Shown here: piece after piece, positions 34,965-47,798 of the stretch
How positions within the stretch are numbered: position 1 is the stretch's first letter
How the letters are laid out: each line of letters begins with the position of its first letter
Source of the DNA: Eutreptiella sp. 'Long Island Sound 2002'
Lineage: Eukaryota > Protista > Euglenida
Reading direction: 5' to 3'
NCBI GenBank assembly: GCA_964036045.1
Contig: OZ038378.1
Span: forward strand, 13,082,001-13,146,000
DNA length: 64,000 nt
Notes under the pieces: model-generated
Told to the model about the DNA's origin: nothing
What the model saw: the letters and a program-made list of their open reading frames with translations, nothing else
Database searches by the model: none
Position numbers and translations under genes: made by a program

Positions 34965-36581
34965 CCCCCCCCCCCAATTCGGCGGCCGAATTTGGCCGAT
35001 TTTGCCGAATTGGTCTGCCGAATTGTTGGGTTTGTGAATCTCGCCAATTTGTTTTGCTGAATCACTAGGTTTCTGGGACTTTGCCGCCTCGTTTTGCCAC
35101 AAAAAGACGTGTCTTTGGTCCCCTGGGATTCATTGTCCTCCGCTGATCAAACTTTTCTTCGGGACAAGTATCCTGATGCCGGTGAGGGGGCAGTTTGCGA
35201 ATTTTGTGTTCGCTCTGCACAGCCCAGTACGTTCTTCAGCCGCCGTTCTTCGTTGTTGTTCATTTTTTTGTCATTTTTCTGGGTGACCCCGGCCAGAAAC
35301 GGGCCTGGGTTTCAAAAATATCGTTATACCAATTAAAACCTCTTGGATATGCAGAAAGTGCACAGCTTTCCCGTGCACATGAAAAAAAAAGCGCCGCAAA
35401 CTGAAACGTTCGGACCAAGTTACCCCCCGGACACTTCCAAAAACCTGTTTTGGACTCTGGGGGGGTGTTGCCTGAACCGTGCGCGCACCGTGCACGCACC
35501 GTGCGCGCACCGTGCGTCCTTTTGCGTATTCTATGTCCACCAGATCCACAATGCCTGAATCTGAGCTGCCCTGGCTTGTCGCCGGACTGCCTGTGTACTA
35601 CCACCGCTCCAACGGGGATAGGGTGTCGGCCACTGTCGTTGACCCTTCTCCAAGAGGTGGGCGTCGCGTCTCTATTCGGTACGAATTGGGTGGTGAAGAG
35701 GTCTTGTACGAGCATGCACCCGAGGAGCGGTTGGAGTTTGCAATTGTGACTGCCGAGAGCCCCGATTCCCCCCAACCTGTGCACCATGAGGCGCCGATGG
35801 ACGCTTTGCTGGAGCCCCAATTACCTGAAGTGGCAACTAAAGCCCCTAGAATTGATGATCATGAGCCAGAATGCTGTGGCGGATGAAATTGAAATTCCCG
35901 TAACCCAACCAGTGTTGTCGCTTGTGTTGTCGCCTGTGCATGGTTTGTAACGGAGGTGCGTGCAAGGTGCAGAAATTGGGAGCCTGGAACCTGTGACAAG
36001 CATCAGATTCAAAAAAAAAATCCCCGGTACGCCAATAGGGGCTGCAGGGTGCAGAAAATAGGACCCTGGAACCTGTGACAAGCATCAGACTAAAAATTGA
36101 AGAATCCTGGTATGCCAGTATGGACTGCAAGGTGCAGAAATCAGGACCCTGGGTGTGTTTCTATGGGGGCCATTCAACGGGGTACAAGTTGGGCAACCAT
36201 CCCAAAAACATTGAACCGTGCGCGCACCGTGCACGCACCGTGCGCGCACCGTGCGCGCACCGTGCGACAACGCCCCCTGGGTCCAGGTCATAAAATTTAC
36301 CCCATCGGGGTTTGAACCAGGGTACCACCATTGCCTGGTGTTTTCTGACCCAACACTATAACCATTCAACGAATCATTTTTGCTGCGCATATGCCATTTT
36401 TCGTCTTATAGAAGCAGCAGGATGAAAATTTTTTTTTCAGCTAATAAGGGTTTCCACATGTCTCTGACAACACAGCAACCAAAGGGACAGTGTGTTTGGG
36501 GGGCCAGGGCCATAATCCTGGTGACTGGGAAGCATTTCGCCGAAAAATAGGCCCGCCGAATTGTTCTGCCGAATTGGGGGG
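34965..36581. mobile_element. ~1.6-kb TIR element with subterminal GCCGAATT repeats, carrying short ORFs and CCGTGCGCGCA arrays
   Basis: Left CCCCCCAATTCGGC; right GCCGAATTGGGGGG. GCCGAATT recurs near both ends. Arrays of CCGTGC(G/A)CGCA at ~35477 and ~36216; ~83-bp tandem repeat at ~35965-36150. Confidence 0.6.
35533..35886 (+). CDS. Short ORF with a small beta-rich (SH3/Tudor-like?) domain inside the TIR element
   Basis: LPVYYHRSNGDRVSATVVDPSPRGGRRVSIRYELGGEEVLYEHAPEERL is similar to a second copy at ~57520-57690 on the minus strand. Confidence 0.4.
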   Translation: MSTRSTMPESELPWLVAGLPVYYHRSNGDRVSATVVDPSPRGGRRVSIRYELGGEEVLYEHAPEERLEFAIVTAESPDSPQPVHHEAPMDALLEPQLPEVATKAPRIDDHEPECCGG

Positions 36582-36740
36582 ATGGTCCCGAACAATGACG
36601 ATCATAAATGGCTACCATGCAGAAAGAGCTGTGCAGCTGGTTTTTCATGTCCAAAAAACGCTTCCAAAGTGATTCGCATTTCGCAGCCTTGGTATGTCCT
36701 GGTCGATATGTGCATCCTTACAGGTGCAGCGCTTGTGGTT

Positions 36741-37319
36741 ATGCAGCCAGCAGCAACTACGCAAAGTCTGCAGTTTCCAGATGATGTGCTGCAACATATG
36801 TTCAGTTTCCTGTCCACTGACTTCGTGTGCCGTGCCTGCTTGGTGTGTGCTGAATGGGAGCAGCAGAGCCGTGGCAGGCGTGGCTGTTTCCTTATGAATG
36901 AGCATGGCGAATGTGGCTTTGTGACCTGCTCCAGTGGTGATTTGATCAATGGCCGTGTCATGGGGGCTGCACTCCAGATCTTACGGATGCCGGGCCTCAG
37001 CTGCACTGACCTGTGTCTGCAGGATGAAGAGGGGAAGGTTGTCATTACCCTGCAGAGCAACACAACTTACCGCGTGTGTCATGACCCAGAACAGCAAACG
37101 GGGGTGGGGGATATTTCGGCTTGTGCAACACACTTAGGGTCCCAAGACAGACCACGATTCTGGTCCGTGCCTCCATGCCAGATATCCACGGCTCCACGGG
37201 CCATTCCACCCTGGCGCCCAACACGTCGTGCTCATCGATTGGATGATTTTTGCAATTACACTCCCATGAGGTCATTGTCTTATACCAGGAATTTGTGCAG
37301 AGTGCACTGTTTGATTTGA
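36741..37319 (+). CDS. F-box domain protein (possibly continued or frameshifted into 37366-37677; could be a pseudogene)
   Basis: LQFPDDVLQHMFSFLSTDFVCRACLVCAEWEQQSR matches the F-box consensus; CTTACAG acceptor ~17 nt upstream of ATG 36741. Confidence 0.65.
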   Translation: MQPAATTQSLQFPDDVLQHMFSFLSTDFVCRACLVCAEWEQQSRGRRGCFLMNEHGECGFVTCSSGDLINGRVMGAALQILRMPGLSCTDLCLQDEEGKVVITLQSNTTYRVCHDPEQQTGVGDISACATHLGSQDRPRFWSVPPCQISTAPRAIPPWRPTRRAHRLDDFCNYTPMRSLSYTRNLCRVHCLI

Positions 37320-39899
37320 TGAGCAGCAGATGTTTCATCTTGATTGTTATCCACGATTTTGATGATTGGCCATTTCCTCTGCCAAAGAGTTGTCCAGAGG
37401 AGTGGGTTGGTATTTCAATTCAACGTATGTAGTTGCATGTCCTCCACCCATGCAACCAAGCCCGCAGAAGTCCTTGAAGATGCACAACAAGGTAGTCGAA
37501 TTGCGGGCGGACCAAAGCTGGAAAGCAGGTGTCAACAGGGATTGTACCCCTGACAGCCCAGAGACCATTGGCTTGAAAGTGGTTTGTGTGCAATCTGGAA
37601 AGGGGGCAGACTTATTTGAACACAGGAAGGAAGGATTGCGAAAGCAGGGTGGAAGAAAAGTGCCCACTCTCTTCTGAGTTAGGGCATATGATTTTTGGCG
37701 AGGCTGAAGACAAGATGTGGGTGATTTTTTTTTTTCTGCACCCACCTGTTGACCAGTAGTATTGTGCTGTACTGCATGTGCGGGAGTCAGACCTCAAGTA
37801 CTGCAGAAATTTTGGGCCGTCCACATGCATTGCAAAACTTGTTGTGTATTTTTTTGGTGACTGTTGGGATTTTTGTTGGCAATTTCCTCCATGCAGGTGG
37901 AAAGGCTTCTTTGCATGTGTTGTTTGTATCCAGTTATCAATGAGGGTAGACTGCACCCAGGCAGCAGCTTCCAGGCCTTTCTGGACTTGCAAAGCATGAA
38001 TCCCAATGCTGGGTGATTTCTTTTCCTGACATCACCAAGGGGGAGACTTCTTAAGCGCAGTGCGTGTGCAGTGCGACTATTTGGGCATCTGGCCATACTA
38101 GGGTTTGATGACACGTATTCTGGTGCTTTTTTTGCATCGGGTGTGGCATTTTTGGTTTTTCACCCCCCCCTTTTTTTTTTCTTTTGCATTTTCGCCATTG
38201 CCGCATGTTCTTTTTTCTAGGTTGATTTCTCCCCACTATGGCAGCCCTCAATGTGGGCACTGTGCATCAGCCTCTATTGATTTGCATCCTGCATCGGATG
38301 CAATTGTCAAGGTAAAGATCAACATGCAGATGACAGGCGTGCAAATGAAAATCAACCATTAGACAAAGAGCATCTCGATAGTTTGAGGATGCATGGTGGG
38401 CAAATGTGCATTGTGTGTAGTTTTACTTGAATTATGTTGTTGCCGAGATTCGATGGGTAGAATGATTTTCCTTTGTCCCTCATGACATTGGCGGGTGTTC
38501 ATCTTTGGGATGCGAAAGGACTTCAAAGATCCAAGGGACATTATTTCCAGGGTAGCTGGGGTGGCCTAAGTTTGAGGGTGTTTGGAAGGGGTCGGTATGG
38601 GGTTTCTTCACAGGGGAATCTAGTCTAAAAGTAGTGCGCAGTGCGCGCGACATGCGCGCACAGTGCAAGGATTTCCCCCAAAGCCTGCTGTGCGCAACCA
38701 CCAGCAGCACTGGATTGAGCCATCGTGGTCATTTCACCACAGCTTGATCAGGTCCACAGCATGGAGTTGAATCTGGATCTGGAACAAAATGTACATTTGA
38801 TGTGGTGTCACAGTATCCAAATTTGGACACTTGGTTAGTGGTTTTTTGACCCCCAACCAGTATTTTGAAGTGATGTATATAAACTTCCATATATATGTGT
38901 CCCTGCAAATTCAGAAGGTCATCGAACAGGCCGGGTGTTCATAGTCAAAACACCGGTCTGCAGCTGTAATATATAGTGCGGCAGCCAGTTTGCTTGATCT
39001 TTCAGGGTTCCCTTCACAAACTACTAGTCACACACCATCATAATCTGCCAATTGATTGATTGTTGGGTGCCCCCCAGAGTCATTGCATGAAATGTTCAGC
39101 TGTGGTTCTGCATACACACGGTGGTGTGCTGAGGTTTGGGCTGGTACAACACACAGCAACAGGAAAACAATGGCACCAAGCGCTATAATTTGGCTGATTT
39201 TGTCAGCTTTGCACCTGCCCCAAAACCACTGCATGTGGTAGCTTTGAGGATCAGGTTGATGAATTTCAACCCCCAGATTCAAAAGACACTGGTAGGATTG
39301 AACCAGAGCACGCCTTTGAATGGCATACTGGTGAGTCATTTTCTTGAAGGTTGATCTCTGAAATGCATCTTGATCATTTTTCAATTAGGAAAAAAATCCC
39401 ACCTAATCCACATTGTGCTGCCGCTATCTATTTTATAGATCCTCCCCTCCCTGTCATTTGCCACTGCAATCCTGGCTCAGGCACCCCAGGATAGCCCCCC
39501 CACCCCCCCATCCCAAGGGCCCTCTGTGCCCAGGATAGTGCCACTTAGGAACACCTCTTCCCCAGCTTGGGGACCAAAGATGGTAGGGGTTATGTAGCCC
39601 ATTTGATTCCTCTCCACCTTGGACACCCTGAGACAGCAGGGTTTATGTAGCGGTTTAGTTCCGCCCCCCTGTTGGGGGTCCCCGAGATGGCAGGGGTTAT
39701 GAAGCCACTTTGATTTCTGCCCCTCTTTGGCCCCCCCCACAGACAGCCCCCCCGAAAGTGTATCACTGGTAGTCAGGTATAGGTATTGGGGTATGGCTGA
39801 AGGAGTGCCAGCCTGGAGCACCCCACGTATGACACGCCTGTAGTGCAAATACAGTGATTCAATTCAATATGGCGCCAAGAAACAGTGTAGCATAGCACC

Positions 39900-40080
39900 G
39901 GAAGGGGTGGTCTCACGTTGACGCCTTACTTACCATGTTCGGTGTTGTGTTGGCAGCAAGTTCGCAGTTTCGGTTTCGCTTGAACTGCTGAATGCAGGCC
40001 TGGCACGCAAGTTGAACATTGCTTTGCATGTTGTTTCCGGGTACTCCAGCGCATGGTGAATTGATTGCTCCCCCTAGAAG
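39900..40080. repeat. Dispersed repeat; inverted copy at ~54855-55030
   Basis: The reverse complement shares GAGCAATCAATTCACCATGCG...GGAAACAACATG...AAACTGCGAA...CCGAACATGG...CAACGTGAGACCACCCCTTC with 54855-55030. Confidence 0.8.
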
Positions 40081-43000
40081 GCCCCAGGGTATAGACCTAC
40101 TGAGCCGGCATTCCTGTGGTGATATCCCAATGTCCCACGCAGAGCTGAGCTGGGCACAGAATGTGTTCCCAGTGTCGCAAGCGGAAGTGATTAATACAAC
40201 GAAACCAACTGGATTTGAAATGCTCGCTGGTGTTTCCAGCATTGCTGTGGATCATTATGTGAAGTCCACAGGTATCATGTGCAAGGAAGTTTGGGCACGT
40301 CCTTGCAGTCTGATCTCTGCGTATTCTCCCTGAGATTGCTCTTTGAAACTGATCTCAATGAATTTGCAAACAGGTAACAACAAACCAACCTAATCCACAC
40401 CATGTCTCTTTGTGGCTGGCAACATTAGTATCATTCCCAGCGTGCACTGCAGCATATGTAATCTGTTCATGGTGTGCCCAAATGTAACTGATTGATTCAA
40501 CCATTTGGATTTCAAATGTTGGCATGTGTGTGCAGCACTGTTTCCCATACGGCAAAGCCTAACAACGGTGGAATTGTGTGCAACAAGGTTGGGGGTACAC
40601 GTTGTATTATACCCGATGAGGGCATGATCTGCGAGAATTTAAAACTCAGTGCCTGTGTGCTGAGCTGACTCAAAGAAGAATAATACCTCATCACGGACAG
40701 GACATTTCAGTGTTCATATGGTTTGGGTTCAGGTAAAGCTTGAATGGCACAGCAATTGCCGAATGCATGCTTTTGTGCTGGAACACAGTCGATCAGGCAA
40801 TGCAAGCTTTGTGGCGTTGGCATGAAAAACCCTGATGAATAAATGCTGGCACCAGTGGTCGTCATTTACTGCTTCTCTCATTCTACCTCCCATTTCCTGT
40901 TTTCCCTCCTGCTGGCTCATACACCATGGGGAGGTGGAAATTTCATTTGCGGGGGCTGGGGGTCCCAGAAATGGGGTTCTCATGACAGGGCCTATATGAA
41001 AGGGCAGTCCAGAGGGTTAGTGGTGCTTGAACATAGCCTATAAAAGGCCCCCGAGGAACATTTTTTCGAAACATTTCCCCCCCATGATCCATACCTCTAG
41101 AATGATCAACGCATCATTGCGAATGGTTTGAGTCATATATGTTTGAGACCCTGCTCCCCCTGCCCCCCAAGCCACCGACAAGCAGTGCAGACAACTTCCT
41201 CTTTGAAAGTCAAACCATTGTGCACATCCAGAAATACAAATTGGCACAACCAGCCTTTATGAAAAACACCCTCCTGCTGACCCCTTCCCCCCCAGGCTGG
41301 TTTAGGGGCTTGCTAGAACCTCCCCTTTGGGGATGGGTTAAGAAAATGGGGATTTACCCCCCCCCCCCCCCCTCCGGCACAGCAAATGTAATTCGTGTGC
41401 AGCTGAGTGAAGCAAAAGAACCTCATCGGGTCCGTTCTTGCTCTCTGTGGCATGTCTTTTGCACCACAAAATGTAATCCTGAGTTTTGCACGGAACTTAT
41501 GATGGTGGTCTGGAGGGACAAAAAGATTCCTTTTTGGGGGGAGGAAATTTTTGCCTGCTGAGACAGTATGGCCTCAGGTCTGTGGGAAAAGGCCATGCAG
41601 GATGGCATATTGTGCACAAAAGTTGTTGGTGTATGGCCAGCCTCTTTGGGGGAGGAGGTTGTGTCAAAGCGTATTTTTTTGCTCCGATAAGAACAGGACT
41701 CATGACCATTGCATCAACAATCGGGTCAATTTCTCTGGGCAAAGACCCATTCAGCGATATACTATCTGTGCATTGGTTCAGAAGGTTTTGGAAATATCCT
41801 CCCCACTATGTGTCCTGCTGCTGTCTGATTCAAATGACCCCCCCCCCCCTTTGTCCATCCACCCCCTGGGGCGTTGCGTGGAACTGATGAACTCTGCCAT
41901 GAGGTCAGGATGATGCTGGTTGGTTCAAAACCTGGCCCCATGGCCCCCGGGGGGGGGGGGGGTCACCAGCTAGTTCTCAGAGATTTAAAAAAAAAGCATC
42001 AGTGTCATACTGCACAGGACCACAGCTGTGAGACAGCAGTAGAGGCAGGCAGACAACTGATGGATGGATGCAGTGCCCTGTGAATTTTGCTGTTTTGCAT
42101 CATGTACAAGACACCATGAGCATCTGTGCATGCCAGCATGTATCCCAGAGCCTTAGGCAACCTGCAGGAAGCAAGTGACCAGCCATGAATTCTGTATAGT
42201 ATGCACCGATAAGTGTTTGGTATGCAGTGGTGTCCAGCCCCGGGGGGTGGGGACCTGGCGACAATCCTCCTTGGGGTTGGGGGCAAACTATTGTTCTTGG
42301 CGGGGGATGGACACGGGGGGGGGGGAGGGTACGTTTTCTGAATCATTTGGACTGCTTCAGCAGGTTGCTTCCCACTGTGCATCAGATTAACTCTTCATTG
42401 TGTGATTCTGAATCTTTTCTATTTCTCCTGGGCGGATTGATAGAGTGCACAATGGAACATCACGGCGTCTTATCCTATCTTTCCTCAGAAGTGCACATTA
42501 CCCATCATGAATACATTGCCTCGATGCAAGTACCAGATTTCTCGTCTTTTTTTGATGTGGTTTCTTATTCAGCGTGACAGGTTGTTTATGCTTGTGCGAT
42601 CTCGGGTGCATTCGGATGATTCAAATGGTTGCTTCCTTGCTTGTTGAAGTTTTACCTGCCTCTGGTTTCTGCGTTTTAGGTAACGAGGTATGGCACTATG
42701 CTATTTTATTTTTTGTCTTAGCTATTGCATGTTGGGCAACTGTATGTTATGACCTGCAGTTTTGATGAAGTGAAAAAAATGCAAATGCGGGACCACTGCA
42801 AAAATACCCAATTGCACACCTGACAAGGTGAAGAGCAAAACCACGGAACTCCATGTTGTCTACAAGTAGCCTAGGGTTGGGGTGTGATGAGTTTTCGTTT
42901 GATAGAATTTTCTCTCCGGTGTTTGATGGCCCCATATCCAAATTGGAGGTGTGGCGCAAGTTTGTTTTGACAGCGTTTTCTCAATCAAAGTTGTCGTCTG

Positions 43001-44768
43001 GCGAAGTCTTCTGCTCTCTATATGTAACTCAGCAATGTCATAGTTCGGGTTTGACATGGGACCTCTTTTTTCCATCATTTCAACACTACAATTGTTCTGC
43101 TTAAGCTTTTCCCAATATGTTGAAAAATGTGACGAAACATAATGGTAAAAAGACGGGTTTTACAAGCGATCCTTCGGCCAATGAGGCTTTTATTGAACTC
43201 AAAACGGTTATTACTGAACATTGTGCCATTGCAACTAGCAAATGCCGGTAAAGATTTTTTTTTTCAACCCGGACGCTCGTATATTCGGCAGGATGGCTTG
43301 GAGGGCGCCCTGCGCTTTTTTGCTGTTTTCTTTTGTAAATCTTTGCAGAGAAAATTGAATTGGAGCCCCGGGACAAGGAGCTCTATCCATTTAGATGACA
43401 AATCTGACCATGACGCCTTCTTTGTCTAGACCTGCCTGGAAGAGGTGGACTACTCTGACCGGAACGCCGAGAGGTCCGAGAAACCCCTCTTCTGCGCGAA
43501 GAACCTCTGAAGTCAACCCGCACCCTCAAGCTAGGCAAAACGAGTACTTTGACTCTAAGAAAAGAGTCGTGGCGGTGAGGTTGTGCTACACTAGACCTAC
43601 CCGCAGCTCGTGGCCGCTGAAGCAAAGAGCAATGGGGGATATTCTCCAACTCAAAGAGGACCTTGAGCACAAGATAACCACCTGGCAGCTTGAGGTGGAC
43701 TTGAAGCTCATGAAGAGCTTATGGGGTGCCCATGTTCGGACCTTTGAAGAAGATGAACTCTGTGTATGCGAACCCTTTTGAGCATGCCTATGGTGTTCTA
43801 GACCGCTCGATGTAATAAGCTAGTCCCTAAGGGGGCAAAGCTACTAGCTCATTGTCTAATCTCCCGGCTAGGGAGGGCTCTCCTATGAGTCCTACCCAAT
43901 CCCGGGTGTAGCCTAGGAGCTCATAAGTAAGCTATACAAGGAAAAGCCATAAAATTTAGAAATAAAATCCCAAATCTCTTAAAGTACTAAACCTAAACCA
44001 AATCTCCAACCACACGCAGTGCAAGTGCAGTAAGGTGAATAAGAAGGAGATCACCACCATCTCATGTCATGTCCACTAGTCTGCTGCATTGGGCCACCGT
44101 TTCTGTTTCTCCATGGTGGCGGGTCGTGGCCCCAATGCATTAGGGATCCACACGGCAATACCATGACATGCCTAAGCACATAAGAGTCACTTGCACTCAC
44201 ACAAACACAACACAATACACAAACCAGACGAATTATGACCTAAACGCAAAATTGACACCTCAGAACGCCGTGTTAACGCCATAACATCGGCGCAGATCTA
44301 AAACCGCCAAATCTATAAAAAACATCCTGATAAACTAAACGGAATTGACATTCATACTAACACAGAACAGGTGACAATGAGAAAATCCAGCACATCACGA
44401 TTTCAGACGTGCGCACACACACAACAACTGCACAGAAAATACAACTCTAAATCGAACAATCAAACAATGAAAATTCATATACCCGCATAAAACTACAACA
44501 ATTGCGCACACATCTAACCTGTTGTTGAACTCTTACTTGTTGCTGAACCTCTTGCTGTAGAGTTCGTCGCAAATACTTTTATTTTTGTTGACCCAAGATG
44601 GTACACAAACCCACACGACCTTAAGTCCACGGTGCGTGCACATTGTTTTGTGGCGCTAATTTTTCCGGCTAATATAAATCTTGGAATGACTAGTCCGCAA
44701 CGTTTTGGAACGTTAGGAATGGGCTTGAAACATTATCAATTTAGTCATGGTGGCATAAATCGCAAATA

Positions 44769-47513
44769 CAGGGGGTGGTAATAGTTCGTAAGTGTAAAGG
44801 TTCGTTTTGTAGCAGTTCGTATTGGTGGTGTTCCGAATTGCTGCATGTAGAAACCGCCCGCTGTTACGAACCGCCGCAGCAACGAACTAAAACCGCACAG
44901 ATGTGTTCCGGGATTGGTCAAATTTGGGAAAGGAGAACAGAGGCTTTTGTATCGCGCTCTGTTGAGCTTCTGTGGTCATAATAGTAGTAATAATGATGAT
45001 AGTAACAATAATGATCAATAACATTCATAATTTTTCTGTCTTCAGTCATGCAGCGCTTCCTCACAAAGGGAAGCCAGTCCATGAACGACGCTCTGGCTGC
45101 AGTGGTGTCGCAGTCCCAGAGGAAGAAGGTCTCCACCAGTTCTAAGGCCCGTCAATACAAGAGCTCAGCGCCGAGGACTTGGCTAGAGTGGACGCAGTCG
45201 CAAAAGTCCCTTTGTGTGCAACTGTTCCTGGAAGGTAACTACAACCACGTTGTGCTGCGTTAGGGGTGTCAAGCGCCGCCCCTTAACACGCTTCGCACCT
45301 GGGCTGGCAAGGTGCAGGAGGGTGAGCCACTGGAAGGGTACGGCACCAACTCAGTTCTCAGCCGCACAGAGGAGGAGACCATTCTGAAGTTCATCAAAGA
45401 GTTGAAGTATGAGGCTGCCGTGATTGACCTGAACACCATTGCGGCGCTTGGAAGAACAGTCGCTGAGAGGTCTCGTGGGCCTGGTCTTGCTCCTGTTTTG
45501 GACCGCCAATGGGCTGCAAACTTTCGTCGCAGCCACAAGATGGGTTGTCTCAAGAAGATCACGACTGAGCGGCTGCCTTCTACAGTGTCTGACTTAGCGC
45601 TCGACAACAAATGGAGACGTGAATTCTTGGACCTCGTTGAGCAGCCTCAAAAGTATGGTGTGCGTATCCCTGAAGGTGAACCCCAGTCGCTGCCGCCGTG
45701 GGCGCAGTTGGGCCTGGACGAGATGCCCCTCCAATACGCGCCCAAGTTGCGCGGAGGGTATGCAGCCGGAGACAAACAGGTCACACACTACAGCAGCGCT
45801 GACAAGCGACAGGCCACGGCCACGCCTGTGGTCAACCGTGAAGGCACCGTAAAGGTACTACAAGTGTTGCACAGAGGAAAGACAGGGCGCTGCCATGCGC
45901 GTCTCGACCTGCCTCAGGGCCTGCCATCCTACATGCACGAAGACCACGCGGAGAAGAAGTGGCAGACTAGCGACACGTTCAAACGCCTGATGATCAAGTT
46001 CGACACTGAAGTTGCAAAGGACAGACGCGACCATGGCGTGGCGCAGAATTACCCATGTGTCGTCATCATGGACTGGGTTGGAAGCCATCTCGACGATGAC
46101 GAGTTGAAGCGCGTCGACGACGCTGAAATAAGGTTGGCGAACTTATACTATTTTGTGGCGCGGCCACATATGTATGTTTTCTTTGGCCGCACTCGTCGCA
46201 CCCATGTCAGCAATGTTGGCAATCAGGTCATCAATCCAGGCATGAGAGCATGGTTGCGCGACAGACTGAAGCGTCGCCACATTGACCATTGCCTGAAGAT
46301 CCATGATGGACTGCTGCCAAAGCACTCCAAGCTGGATAGCAGCGAGCGTACGATGAAGGCGCTCCTTGTACCTTGGCTTGCTGAATGGGCTGCATCCCCT
46401 TTGACAACCACACACATCCTCAGCAGCTGGAACATGGTGTTTGCAGAGGTGCCAGTGACAGAATCTGTAGATGATGTGGACCTCCCCTGCCCTTCAGCAG
46501 CCATCCCCATGCCTGCACCTTTGCTGTCTGTTGTTCCTGGTCATGTTTCAGATTCAGAGGAAGCCTCAGAGGCACAGGCAGAGGCAGATGAAGCCTCTGG
46601 GGCAGAGGTGGAGGACAACATTGACGTCCTGTCAGTCCCAGGCACACCACCTGTACAAAGAGCAGCTAAGAGGAGGGCTGAGACCCGGTTGGACAGACTT
46701 GCCAAAAGGTTTCGTGCTGCACCACGTGATGTACATGCTCAGCGTGTGGCCAGGGAGAATAGGCAAAGGGCAAGGGAGGCGCGGGAGGCAGTGCAGACTT
46801 CGGATGATGAAGGCACTCTGAGCTGTGCACTGGTGCTTACCATGAGTGAAAGAGAGTAGTACCTCCTGTTTCCCCTTGAATAACAGCGAATCGATCAAAT
46901 TGAATATGTGGTTCATCCTTTGCCACAGCGACATGTCCCTCAAAGGGCAGTGAAGTCTGTAGGGTTGCACGATTTGCACACGAGAGCCCTTTTTTTTTTG
47001 TGGGCATTTTTCCTAATTCACGCGAGTTGCGCACGGCAATGGTGGTTCATAAAAAAGCAGGAACTCTGACCACATCAGAGAAGAAAAACAATATAAAAAA
47101 AACAGGATTTTCAACATAGAAGTCAGTGACAAAAAAAAACAAACAATATTTCAGTAGGTAAAAAAAAAAGGCATTTTGAATGCAGAAGTGAGTGACAAAA
47201 AGAAACAGTGTAGGTTTTTCAGCACAAAAAGGAGAGCAGGTTTTGAAGAAAAAAAAAGAGATAAAACGTTTTACACAAATAGCAAGAGTGCAAGGTGTAG
47301 AAAAAAAAGTGTAATGTTTTGAAAAAACGAGGAGAGAGATATAGTACCAGTGTTGTACAAATACAAAGAAACATTAAGGTAATCAAAAGAAGAGGATGTC
47401 GGTACCAACCTTTACATGGAAAAACACCAGCCTTTTACCAACCGCTGCATGAAAAACACGTCTAAAATCACCTTTTACCAACCGCTGCATATATGATCTA
47501 TTACCACCCCTTG
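44769..47513 (+). mobile_element. pogo/Tigger-like (Tc1/mariner superfamily) DNA transposon, 2745 bp
   Basis: TA|CAGGGGGTGGTAATAG ... CTATTACCACCCCTTG|TA: 16-bp TIRs with one mismatch and a TA duplication, enclosing a transposase ORF. Confidence 0.9.
45048..46859 (+). pseudogene. DDE_1/CENP-B-type transposase with N-terminal HTH motifs, interrupted by one in-frame TAG (45261-45263)
   Basis: ORFs 45048-45263 and 45312-46859 are in the same frame (264 nt apart). GLDEMP (D1), VIMDWVGSH (D2), THVSNVGNQVIN (expected D3 reads N). Confidence 0.85.
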
Positions 47514-47600
47514 TAGCATTTTGACGCTGATCGATTTGGTACAACAATTGGTTCTTTTTCCTTAATTGCTAGAAATAAGAACAAACTTTTTCCCTCTCTA

Positions 47601-47798
47601 ATGGTTTCTTCGGAAGCTGCATACGACCGGCGTGATGAAAAAGTGTTCAGAGCAATGAAGGCAGTGGTGTTAGGTGATGAGCAGCATAATTACCTAAGTG
47701 AACATCAATTCAAGCACTATGCTACTAATGAAGCCGTTTACACTACATTCACCGAGCACCAAAAACAAGAACTCGATGGAGTGAGATATCGTAAATGA
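47601..47798 (+). CDS. Possible terminal exon or short ORF of unknown function
   Basis: Ordinary protein-like composition (AYDRRDEKVFRAMKAVVLGDEQHNYLSEHQFKHYATNEAVY) but no recognisable motif or linked exon. Confidence 0.25.
   Translation: MVSSEAAYDRRDEKVFRAMKAVVLGDEQHNYLSEHQFKHYATNEAVYTTFTEHQKQELDGVRYRK

Noticed and set aside
39913-40242. Cys-rich minus-strand ORF ending in an apparent GTAAGT donor
   Set aside because: Its 3' half is a dispersed repeat also found inverted at 54855-55030.
42853-43104. DEFSFDRIFSP resembling the kinesin FxFDxVF motif
   Set aside because: No other kinesin motifs nearby in any linked frame.
45261-45263. In-frame TAG as programmed recoding (pyrrolysine or read-through)
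   Set aside because: It lies in a transposase that also appears to have lost its third catalytic Asp; a simple nonsense mutation is more parsimonious.
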